The notes below the pieces were generated by a model. The model worked only from the letters and a program-made list of their open reading frames with translations, had not been told where the DNA came from and ran no database searches. Of a DNA stretch of 41,851 bases, positions 9,018 to 16,982 are shown in pieces; position 1 is the first letter of the stretch; the number at the start of each line of letters is the position of its first letter. A program made the position numbers and the translations under genes. The stretch is from a virus (Duplodnaviria; Caudoviricetes). The stretch lies in the IMG/VR virus record IMGVR_UViG_3300042807_000154, positions 1 to 41,851 of that record, one strand, 5' to 3'.

Positions 9018-11735
9018 TTATAATGAGCTCCAACGTTTAACAAGGTACTTCATTGCTAGTTCTCGACCTACTGTGTTAGTTACATTAAACACGATGTCGG
9101 TACCGACTAGAGACGCATTAAATGTTACATTACCAGTTAGACCCGTATCAACCATTTCGCTAGCAACATCTTGGAATAGTACTGCGCCATTTCCTCCATC
9201 AAACTCAGTTCTACCGGAAACAAACATTGTACCTACTCTTTGGTAGTTTTCTCCGGTAACAATTACAGAACTTGCTTCTGTAATACTGTAATCAATTTTA
9301 TATGTATCGTATACATCAATGCTTTGTGTTAGGCTGCTGATATTGCCGCCGCCTGATGGAATACTTGCAGAGTTTAATTCTGCATATGATACAGTTCTGT
9401 CACCGAGTGCAACACTTGAACGTGTCTGTAACTCAATGTTAGTTTTTAGATTTACAAGTCCCTTAATATTTTCATTATCTGGATCAGGACGTTCAAAGAA
9501 AATTGTGTTTACAAGTTTATTGAAATCACGTGCTTCTTCTCTGCTAGCAAAAGTAATTTCGTCGTAAGTATTATTAATAGCTGCTAGGTATTGCCCCACA
9601 GTTCTTGTTAAACTTGAATCTGTTGCATACTTAACACCCACACCAGCTGTAGAGAAAAGATCAACTAAGTCACTTTCTAAACAACTGTTCAGCCATTTTT
9701 CTAATTTAGCTTTTACTGTGTCGTCTCTAGTATACTCACCTTCAGTTAAGGAAAGCGCACTTAAAGTAGGTTGGTTATAATCTTCGTGTAAACGGAAGTC
9801 TAAGCCAACACTTGTATACTCTGGTTTGTGAGTGATATATATCTTATTCTCACTATCGGGAATAATTCCTAAGAACGGCCAGTCTTCTATATCATTAACG
9901 GTAGCAGAAATTTCTGCTAATGTAGCATTACTGCTTAGATCAATACTTCTAACTGGTGTTACATTAACTGTACTCGGATTTAAATCTGGTGATAGTAACC
10001 CACTCACTTGGCCGACTACGGCTGCATCAGGTGCAATAAAGAAGGTATTTTGAGTAATTGTATCACTTAGTACACTAAAAGTTGTATTACTGATAGCAGA
10101 AGTATTGCTCGATGTTGTTACTGTTACTTGGTCAACATTACCGTATCCGTGTAATGTACTAAAAATTTGAACTTTGCCTGTTCCTGTAACATCGTCACCG
10201 TAGTTAATAAATTGAACACTTGCATTTGATAAGAAAGATGCTGAGCCAGTATTAAAAACAATTACGCCGGTTGCAGGATCGTTTTCTACTTCTACAACTT
10301 CACCCGACAATCCGCTAGTATTACTGCTGTCAACAATTAAAATGTTTGCACCTTGTATTACACCGTCAACGTTACCAGTTAGTGTTACAGTTACGTTAGC
10401 ACCGGTGCCGGCAGCGTTTGCTGTAACCGATCTTGCTACTGTAAATGCATTTGCTGGCAATGCTACGGTTACACTCGGTGTTACATTACTAAATTCTGTA
10501 ATCTGAAACACTTTATTATTTAAATAGCCAACAGTGTTATTAACATAGATGTAATTATATGGGCCGGCTACATTATATGTAGGTACAGTACCTACTGTAA
10601 ATACAATGTTTGACGGATTAGGTGTGACGTTAGAACTTGCACTCCAATCACTCCTACTCAATAATAAATTACCTAGTGAAAGGCTTGTAGGCGAATCTAT
10701 TTCTTCGCTGTCAGCATTTACAGCAATATGTTTATTTTGCAAACCAATAAACCCTGTACCAGTTGTAGCACTTACAGTAATTAAATCTCTAGGAATTTGT
10801 CGGTACTCAGGAATACTATATGCCTTGTAGAAACTTGGAAACTCTGTGTCTTCAGTAGCATTGTAAAGAGAAATATTACCGTTCATAATAGTATTGCTCT
10901 GTACAGTAATTCCTTCAATGGCTTGAATAATTGCGGTATTGCTATAATAGCATATTGTAACTTCTTCTGAGGCGAGAGGTGCTGATCTAAATATTACTAT
11001 ATGAGTATTTGCGGCTGAAGTGTTTGCAGCAAAACTATATTCGTATGCTGCCGCAGGTGTAGTGTTACTGCTGTCGCCTGCAATTCTTACGCCGTTTTTA
11101 GTAACGATCAAGTCTGCTGCTTTAAAAGCTAAATTTGTTTCAGCATTAATTAAATTGTTAGGAGTAAATGTTAAGGTGTCACCGGTAGTAACGCTTACTG
11201 CTTCATTAAGTGTTACAGTATTAGACACTGAACTTTTTGATACAACAGTTGAATATGCGTTGCCTGTGTAAACAATGTCTCCAGCAGTAATATATGCGTT
11301 TGGTGCCGCTGTTAAACTAATAACTGTTGATGCGGCATTAGCACTAACAACGGCTGTCGTTGTTACTAGTGAGTTAGAAGGGAATACTTTTAAGCTGGAA
11401 GTAGATGTTGTATTTGCGCTAGGAAGGTAACTTACTATTTTTGTGATCCCGTCAAAAAATCCTTTTCCGTACTTCTTAAACGGAACAGTAAAAGCAACAA
11501 TATTATTATTAGCAATACTAGACGTGAAATCTTTAGCACCAACAGTGGTTTCAAAAATGCTCTGCTTATTATAGCCGCCGCTGATTGCGTCATTAGGATC
11601 AGCCCCAATAAAAACCTGGCGACTGTCAATTGCGAAGCCTAGTTCGCCCGGACGTAAGGGTTGAGGTAAGTCCTGCTTTAGACCCCTACGGTTCTGAATT
11701 CGTGAAATAATTACTTTGTTGTTATCGTCTGCCAC
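9018..11735 (-). CDS. Tail/baseplate-associated structural protein with Mtd-N-like N-terminus
   Basis: N-terminal ISRIQNRRG..LRPGELGFAIDSRQVFIG typical of fibre/baseplate attachment domains; S/T/N/V-rich beta body. GTG start, AGGAG RBS and late box upstream. Confidence 0.7.
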   Translation of the reverse strand: MADDNNKVIISRIQNRRGLKQDLPQPLRPGELGFAIDSRQVFIGADPNDAISGGYNKQSIFETTVGAKDFTSSIANNNIVAFTVPFKKYGKGFFDGITKIVSYLPSANTTSTSSLKVFPSNSLVTTTAVVSANAASTVISLTAAPNAYITAGDIVYTGNAYSTVVSKSSVSNTVTLNEAVSVTTGDTLTFTPNNLINAETNLAFKAADLIVTKNGVRIAGDSSNTTPAAAYEYSFAANTSAANTHIVIFRSAPLASEEVTICYYSNTAIIQAIEGITVQSNTIMNGNISLYNATEDTEFPSFYKAYSIPEYRQIPRDLITVSATTGTGFIGLQNKHIAVNADSEEIDSPTSLSLGNLLLSRSDWSASSNVTPNPSNIVFTVGTVPTYNVAGPYNYIYVNNTVGYLNNKVFQITEFSNVTPSVTVALPANAFTVARSVTANAAGTGANVTVTLTGNVDGVIQGANILIVDSSNTSGLSGEVVEVENDPATGVIVFNTGSASFLSNASVQFINYGDDVTGTGKVQIFSTLHGYGNVDQVTVTTSSNTSAISNTTFSVLSDTITQNTFFIAPDAAVVGQVSGLLSPDLNPSTVNVTPVRSIDLSSNATLAEISATVNDIEDWPFLGIIPDSENKIYITHKPEYTSVGLDFRLHEDYNQPTLSALSLTEGEYTRDDTVKAKLEKWLNSCLESDLVDLFSTAGVGVKYATDSSLTRTVGQYLAAINNTYDEITFASREEARDFNKLVNTIFFERPDPDNENIKGLVNLKTNIELQTRSSVALGDRTVSYAELNSASIPSGGGNISSLTQSIDVYDTYKIDYSITEASSVIVTGENYQRVGTMFVSGRTEFDGGNGAVLFQDVASEMVDTGLTGNVTFNASLVGTDIVFNVTNTVGRELAMKYLVKRWSSL

Positions 11736-11768
11736 TGTTAAGTCTCCTAACGCTTAACAGTATTTATC
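11734..11768 (-). promoter_or_regulatory. Late box plus RBS-sequestering hairpin
   Basis: GATAAATA at 11761-11768. Perfect 9-bp inverted repeat ACTGTTAAG/CTTAACAGT (11734-11742, 11753-11761) encloses AGGAGA and overlaps the GTG start. Confidence 0.75.
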
Positions 11769-11778
11769 ACTTTTGAGT

Positions 11779-12447
11779 TCAGCGACTGTAGTATTGTGTT
11801 ACTCGATTTGCCCAGGCGCTACAATAGTGGTCAAACTCAGCACCCTTGATAACATAGTCTGCGAACTTGGCTTCTCTATCAACCATTAAGATACTAACTT
11901 TGCGGATATTTGTGCCGAACATTTCGTTGTGTGCTAGTGCATATGCACAGCCCTGCATAAAGTAGTCCTCAATCCATTCGCGCTTCTTTAGCTTCTTAGC
12001 AGTCTTAAAGTCGATAATGCTATCTTCGCCTTCGTAGATGCCGATAGCATCACTAGTGCCTGCATATAAGCCTTTTGCAATTAACCCTACTTCTGTACCC
12101 CAAAGTTCGTTAACTTTGCCTAAGCCTTGTTCAATCATTACACGGCTCATTTTACCAGCTAGGATACTAACCATGTTGTTGCCAAAGTTATCCCATTCTT
12201 CGCCCAAGATAAACTTTTCTAATGCAGTGTGAACTTTGGTACCTAAACCTGCGGCTTGTTGAGTTTGACGGTTAGCTTCTTCTTCACCGATGCGCTTCTT
12301 CCACTCAATAATATGAGTTTTATCAGCAGTGCTGTCTAGAATAGTAGTAACGCTGGGTACAGGTGTATCATCATCGCCTACATACTGTCTACCAGCAGGT
12401 GTTTGCAATCGTTTTAGTTGTGGGTAATTGTATTTGTTTATAAGCAT
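11779..12447 (-). CDS. PD-(D/E)XK exonuclease (RecB/lambda-exo-like)
   Basis: PSVTTIL, GTKVH, YAGTSD, IIDFKT, QGCAYA. Confidence 0.88.
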   Translation of the reverse strand: MLINKYNYPQLKRLQTPAGRQYVGDDDTPVPSVTTILDSTADKTHIIEWKKRIGEEEANRQTQQAAGLGTKVHTALEKFILGEEWDNFGNNMVSILAGKMSRVMIEQGLGKVNELWGTEVGLIAKGLYAGTSDAIGIYEGEDSIIDFKTAKKLKKREWIEDYFMQGCAYALAHNEMFGTNIRKVSILMVDREAKFADYVIKGAEFDHYCSAWANRVTQYYSR

Positions 12448-12452
12448 GTCTT

Positions 12453-12481
12453 AGCATAACATACATATAGAAAGAAGTCAA
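12453..12481 (-). promoter_or_regulatory. Sigma70-type promoter, leaderless spacing
   Basis: TTGACT-N17-TATGCT with extended TG; 5 nt to the ATG and no SD. Confidence 0.7.
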
Positions 12482-13221
12482 CGATTTTGTAAAAGTTCAA
12501 TAAGTTTGTATGCTAATTTTCTATGACCCATTATATTAGGGTGCATAATATTAGGCTTAATCCAATCTTTATTTTTTAAATGCTCGTATATTTTGCGCTC
12601 AGGAATTCCTTGATTATACAAACTGTCGTCGACTAGTTTTTCATTAAACGCGAGCTCAACCAATGAAGTTTTAGCAAGAATTGCAGAGTTGAATAAAACA
12701 ATATGATTAAATTCTTCAGGTATTATCAGATCACAAAAAATCGGTATTATCACACAATTTATATTATAATTTTTACATATCGAATAAAATGCATTTATTG
12801 CTATTATCGAATCATAAATTTCAGTTTGATGAGAAGGCTTTCTTACAGTTGAGTGATAATGACGATATTTACCTAACGGATATTCGATACCAAAGCCGCG
12901 TATTTGTGCTGTAACGCATAAGAACGCAGTATGAGGTTCTGAGTCGTTGTTTATTTTTTCTTTAATTAACCGGTACTGATCTGTAGGACAATCAGTGCAA
13001 ACATTTAAAAGATTAAATAATGCAAAGTCGATTGACGATGCTGCTTTAGCAAAATTGATAAATGATTTATTTCTATAATTTGATACGTGCGTGGAAAACG
13101 CTTTTAAAGGATTATCTCTACCTGTGTTAACATGCGGAAAAATATTCTTATCAAAACTGTCTGTGGTTAGGCCTAATTCCTCGCCAATAGGCCAACTATC
13201 CCCAAACCACAGATCCATCAT
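12478..13221 (-). CDS. SGNH/GDSL hydrolase-like protein
   Basis: FGDSW block I and HPNIMGH block V. Confidence 0.7.
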   Translation of the reverse strand: MMDLWFGDSWPIGEELGLTTDSFDKNIFPHVNTGRDNPLKAFSTHVSNYRNKSFINFAKAASSIDFALFNLLNVCTDCPTDQYRLIKEKINNDSEPHTAFLCVTAQIRGFGIEYPLGKYRHYHSTVRKPSHQTEIYDSIIAINAFYSICKNYNINCVIIPIFCDLIIPEEFNHIVLFNSAILAKTSLVELAFNEKLVDDSLYNQGIPERKIYEHLKNKDWIKPNIMHPNIMGHRKLAYKLIELLQNR

Positions 13222-13228
13222 TCACCTT

Positions 13229-13372
13229 TTATTTAAAAAATGGTAAAAATACTTTTACTTTATCAATGTACTTCTGCAAATGTTTTGCTTGAAAGTTTTT
13301 AGCAAATTGTGGTTGCGGAAAGTTCCAACCGATAAATGCGCCTATCACAATCCAAAATAATGTTTCTAACAT
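13229..13372 (-). CDS. Small membrane protein (47 aa)
   Basis: Not in the track. MLETLFWIVIGAFIGWNFPQPQFAKNFQAKHLQKYIDKVKVFLPFFK; GAGG RBS; fills the intergenic gap. Confidence 0.75.
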   Translation of the reverse strand: MLETLFWIVIGAFIGWNFPQPQFAKNFQAKHLQKYIDKVKVFLPFFK

Positions 13373-13388
13373 ATCGATACCTCGTTGA

Positions 13389-13709
13389 TTACCAGCTAAT
13401 ATTCCACTGGATTGTTGTATTAGTTGAGGAGTTAGTAGTGATGTTGACTCCGTAACCTAGGTTAACAAAATAATCTTTTACATAATTAATTTGATCTAAC
13501 TTTGTAGGATCGCTAGTAACACCGTTATAGACAAAATAGTATGTGTTACTATCTGTCATTGTAGTGCCGCTAGATACATTAGCATACAATACACCTACAT
13601 CGATATTGCTTAATACAGAGTTTTCAATACTACGAACTTCAGCATGTATAACACTGTTGTTGCGAGTATTCAATCTAGCTTGTGTAGCATTAACAAAAAT
13701 ATTTGCCAT
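13389..13709 (-). CDS. Hypothetical virion-type protein
   Basis: 106 aa, N/T/S-rich, TAATG-coupled to the upstream gene in the late operon. Confidence 0.65.
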   Translation of the reverse strand: MANIFVNATQARLNTRNNSVIHAEVRSIENSVLSNIDVGVLYANVSSGTTMTDSNTYYFVYNGVTSDPTKLDQINYVKDYFVNLGYGVNITTNSSTNTTIQWNISW

Positions 13710-14041
13710 TACAGATCCGCCTTAATATCTTGCATAGCTTGATCACCAGCCATAGCACCTACGTCACGTGTCTGTTCTGCATCGGTGTTCATATCTGCAG
13801 GCAGTTCGCCTTGCGGTATAATTTTTTCTGCATCAACACTGCTTGCAAATCCGCTTTGATCTACAGCTTGGATAAGTTCGTCGGTTGATGTAACAAACCC
13901 TTGTTTAGCGAGTAACGATTTAAACTTTTCAGTTTTAATTTCTTTAATGCCTTTCGCCATGTAACGAGACATAAGGTCTTGCACAGCGACAATTAATTCG
14001 CTGTAGTATCCTTCTCTAAGAACGATATCGCAAATTAACAT
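13709..14041 (-). CDS. Hypothetical head-associated protein
   Basis: Leader MLICDIVLRE|G; lies in the late operon. Confidence 0.6.
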   Translation of the reverse strand: MLICDIVLREGYYSELIVAVQDLMSRYMAKGIKEIKTEKFKSLLAKQGFVTSTDELIQAVDQSGFASSVDAEKIIPQGELPADMNTDAEQTRDVGAMAGDQAMQDIKADL

Positions 14042-14042
14042 A

Positions 14043-15497
14043 TTATACTTCAGCTCTACCTAATGGCTCATCCTCTGGGCCTGCTGCTGCTGGTTCGTTA
14101 ACGTCCATGCTTGGTTCTTCTTCTGGCATTTCTGGCTCATCAAGGCCGCCGCTTAATTCACCGGTATCGCCTAATCCGCCTACCATTTCTTCGCCAGTCA
14201 TTGAACCTACTGCGCTGTCAAGTCCTGACTTAACACCCTTAGTTGCTTCTAAGTGTGTAGCAAGCAATCCATTTACACTATCAACAAAACTCTGTGCAGC
14301 CTGTGCGCCCATTTCGCCGCGCATCTTATCAGCAATAGCTGGAACGTCTTCATTCATCATACGGCCAATACGCTCGATTTGATCTTGTACATCATCTGCT
14401 AGAGCACGTACTGCCATTACAACTTCTGCTTGCTCAACATCAACTTCTTCGTTGATCATGTCGTTGATGATGTCATCAAACATACTTTCTGTTGCAGTGT
14501 GTTTTACATCAGCTAAATATGCATCAATACCTGCTGTGCCTTTTAAGCCCCACTTGGCCGCTGCTTTCTTTGCTGCTTCATAGCTTGAGCTAGCTGTGCA
14601 TTCATGCTTGCCTTTCTTAGCGTGTACGCAAACATATGGACGTTCTTTGGCTTCAGATTCTTTAACTTCTGCTTTCTCAGCTGAAGTATCGCCGGTAACA
14701 TTAAATTCCTTACCGCCTACGGTGAATTTCTTTTCGCCCGCGGCGATTGCCTTACGTCTTGCATCAACGAATGCATTTGCTTCGCCAATCTTGCGGCCAA
14801 ACATCTGGATGCCTGCTAATAGTGCAGCTTCGTCTAAACCATTTAGGAAGCCTACTACTGCATCGCGGCTCTTGCCACTTACTTTAGAAAAGCTGTTTAG
14901 CTTTTCTTCAATAGCTTCGTAGCTTGTGGTGTCAGTTAGCTCTACACCACATTCCTTAGCCATCACTCTTAATAGTACTTCGCTTAGATCAGTATTAGGA
15001 GTTTCATCTAGCACTTCTTCAACTGCTTCGTATGCCATACCACTGCACTCATCCATATAATCTTTAGCAGATGTAATTACAATTGGCAACACATATTCAT
15101 CGTCATACGCAAAGCGATCGTCCATTCTATAACGGTTCATGCACTCTGCTGCCGCTTCATCCATTGTGTAGCCGCTGTCCATTAAGTTGCGAACTGTTTC
15201 TTTAATCATTTCGCACATTGCTTCATGCATTGGAGATTTGGCGTACATGCCTTCTTCTAGCATGGTTTCTACAACATCCTTGATGCCTAAAAACTTAGCA
15301 TAATCTGGATCTAGTTGAAACTTCTTGTTTGTGCCGCGAAGTTTGACTAAGGCCATATTGGTATTTTCAAGAACCTTTTCCAGCTTCTTTTTAGAAGGGA
15401 AATTGGTCTTTACTGTAATGCCAAACTGCTCTTGTAGCACCTTATTGATCTTGGCTACCTTAGTTGTTGGGGTTGTATTGAATTCGTTTAAAAACAT
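14043..15497 (-). CDS. Acidic helical prohead core/scaffold-like protein with inserted small modules
   Basis: E/D/M-rich helical composition, many hydrophobic-x-E sites, Pro/Glu-rich tail, late box upstream. Confidence 0.55.
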   Translation of the reverse strand: MFLNEFNTTPTTKVAKINKVLQEQFGITVKTNFPSKKKLEKVLENTNMALVKLRGTNKKFQLDPDYAKFLGIKDVVETMLEEGMYAKSPMHEAMCEMIKETVRNLMDSGYTMDEAAAECMNRYRMDDRFAYDDEYVLPIVITSAKDYMDECSGMAYEAVEEVLDETPNTDLSEVLLRVMAKECGVELTDTTSYEAIEEKLNSFSKVSGKSRDAVVGFLNGLDEAALLAGIQMFGRKIGEANAFVDARRKAIAAGEKKFTVGGKEFNVTGDTSAEKAEVKESEAKERPYVCVHAKKGKHECTASSSYEAAKKAAAKWGLKGTAGIDAYLADVKHTATESMFDDIINDMINEEVDVEQAEVVMAVRALADDVQDQIERIGRMMNEDVPAIADKMRGEMGAQAAQSFVDSVNGLLATHLEATKGVKSGLDSAVGSMTGEEMVGGLGDTGELSGGLDEPEMPEEEPSMDVNEPAAAGPEDEPLGRAEV

Positions 15498-15531
15498 AGT
15501 TTTTCTCGCTAACTGTTTTAGTAATTACAGT

Positions 15532-15539
15532 TATTTATC
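15532..15539 (-). promoter_or_regulatory. Late box GATAAATA
   Basis: Intergenic, upstream of the 484-aa gene; overlaps a 7-bp inverted repeat (15510-15516/15527-15533). Confidence 0.7.
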
Positions 15540-15557
15540 ACTTTTTTAGATTTTTGA

Positions 15558-15956
15558 TTAACAACTTTTGCGGATATATGAGGCTGCTTGCTTTAAATAC
15601 TCAATCGAAATATCTAAACGAGTAATTGTTACCGCTCGTTTAAATCTATCCTTAGTTGTTCTAATAGTATGCTTGTAAAATTCACAATCATAATAGTGTT
15701 TAGCATATATGTTAACAAAAGTCTGTATTTCTTTAACAGGCTTTTTAGTGCGAGGATTGTTAAATGACTCGCATATAAATTTAGCTAGGGACTTACTGGG
15801 TATATGATCGACTACTGATTGTTTGTTATAATAGTTGATAACATCATAATATCCCTCACCCGAAATAACGACATAAACAGGCTTATTTGCTACAACAGTA
15901 GCAATACTGTTGAGCTTTAGAGCAAGCTCTTGTTTTTCGGCTTTGTTAAGTTTCAT
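15558..15956 (-). CDS. Hypothetical protein
   Basis: 132-aa basic ORF preceded by AATAAATA-TTAGC-ATG (15962-15969). Confidence 0.7.
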   Translation of the reverse strand: MKLNKAEKQELALKLNSIATVVANKPVYVVISGEGYYDVINYYNKQSVVDHIPSKSLAKFICESFNNPRTKKPVKEIQTFVNIYAKHYYDCEFYKHTIRTTKDRFKRAVTITRLDISIEYLKQAASYIRKSC

Positions 15957-15964
15957 GCTAATAT

Positions 15965-16123
15965 TTATTCAGCAGTTTTCTCTTTGCTTTCGCTTTTTGG
16001 AGTTCGCTTTTTCTTAGCTTTATATATGCTAGGGTTAGGACGCTTTATAACAGCGCCTAATGGTTGTGCAACTACGGCTATTCCGCCACTAGTGGTTTCC
16101 GTTATAATTTCATTAATCTTCAT
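15965..16123 (-). CDS. Small basic internal-protein-like ORF (52 aa)
   Basis: Not in the track. MKINEIITE|TTSGGIAVVAQPLGAVIKRPNPSIYKAKKKRTPKSESKEKTAE; GAGG RBS; ATGA overlap with the upstream stop. Confidence 0.75.
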   Translation of the reverse strand: MKINEIITETTSGGIAVVAQPLGAVIKRPNPSIYKAKKKRTPKSESKEKTAE

Positions 16124-16356
16124 TGAAACCTCTTAGTTTTATTTTTCTGTGTAGCTAGCATACGAAGCCATTCTTTCTTTACTTCTAAATCATGCTTTTT
16201 ACGATCTAGTTCAGTCATTGAATTTTTATCGTAAAACATATAATAGAATGCGATGCCAAATCCAAAGCCTATTAAAAAGTAAGGAGCCAGTGTCCAAAAG
16301 TTTAATATCCAACTTAAGTCAAATGTAATTAACATATCTGTTTTATCAAGCGTCAC
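16120..16356 (-). CDS. Small single-pass membrane protein
   Basis: Hydrophobic stretch FWTLAPYFLIGFGFGIAFYYMF followed by a basic tail; overlaps both neighbours by 4 nt. Confidence 0.65.
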   Translation of the reverse strand: MTLDKTDMLITFDLSWILNFWTLAPYFLIGFGFGIAFYYMFYDKNSMTELDRKKHDLEVKKEWLRMLATQKNKTKRFQ

Positions 16357-16982
16357 TTCTTTCCGCCTTTCATATTAGCACACCAGTGATACATTTTGCC
16401 TTTCTCACCACTGTACTTTTTAGCTTTTGCTCTTAGATCTGTAACCGAACCTTTGCAACTAGCACCTGCACGTTTTACACGACCTGGGCGACTCTTGCCT
16501 TTTACTTTACCGTCAGCAAAGTTTTCTTCTACTTCACCCACTGGAATAACTTCTAGCACTTTAGCTTGTCTAGGGTCTAAGATGACATAACTTAAGTTAC
16601 CTTTGTCCTCATAGCGATTCTTATACACAAAGCCGTCAAAGCCTAGTTCTCGCACTTTTGCTATGAGGGCTGCGCGAAGTTCTACAGGGTCTTGTAGCAT
16701 TGTAATCTTTTCCATTTCTTCCTGCGAAAGTAATTTCTTATCTCGGAGATCAAATGCGTATACACGATCGTAATGATTACCAGCAAAGTCTTTGATAGTA
16801 AATGGATTACGTATGTCTAGTTGTACTTTGTAAATCTTACCGTTGGCATTCTTCTTGTAGTCCATGCGATCACGAGCAGCTTTTTCAGTACCAAAATGAG
16901 TTAGCGGACGAAACTGACTGATATCATCAGTTGTACCGTGATAGGCAATAACGGGACCGCTGACTACTTCACTTATCTTCAT
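16353..16982 (-). CDS. ADP-ribosyltransferase-like domain plus small basic C-terminal module
   Basis: AYHGT, HFGT..AA, IYKVQL.I.NP, GFDGFVY and YVIL.P.Q pattern of phage ART-like domains; junction VEE|NFADGK. Confidence 0.6.
   Translation of the reverse strand: MKISEVVSGPVIAYHGTTDDISQFRPLTHFGTEKAARDRMDYKKNANGKIYKVQLDIRNPFTIKDFAGNHYDRVYAFDLRDKKLLSQEEMEKITMLQDPVELRAALIAKVRELGFDGFVYKNRYEDKGNLSYVILDPRQAKVLEVIPVGEVEENFADGKVKGKSRPGRVKRAGASCKGSVTDLRAKAKKYSGEKGKMYHWCANMKGGKK

Noticed and set aside
9018-11735. Diversity-generating retroelement target (Mtd-like N-terminus)
   Set aside because: No reverse transcriptase or template/variable repeat pair seen in the window.
11779-12447. Cas4/CRISPR association of the exonuclease
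   Set aside because: No four-Cys Fe-S pattern, no other cas genes and no repeat-spacer array seen.
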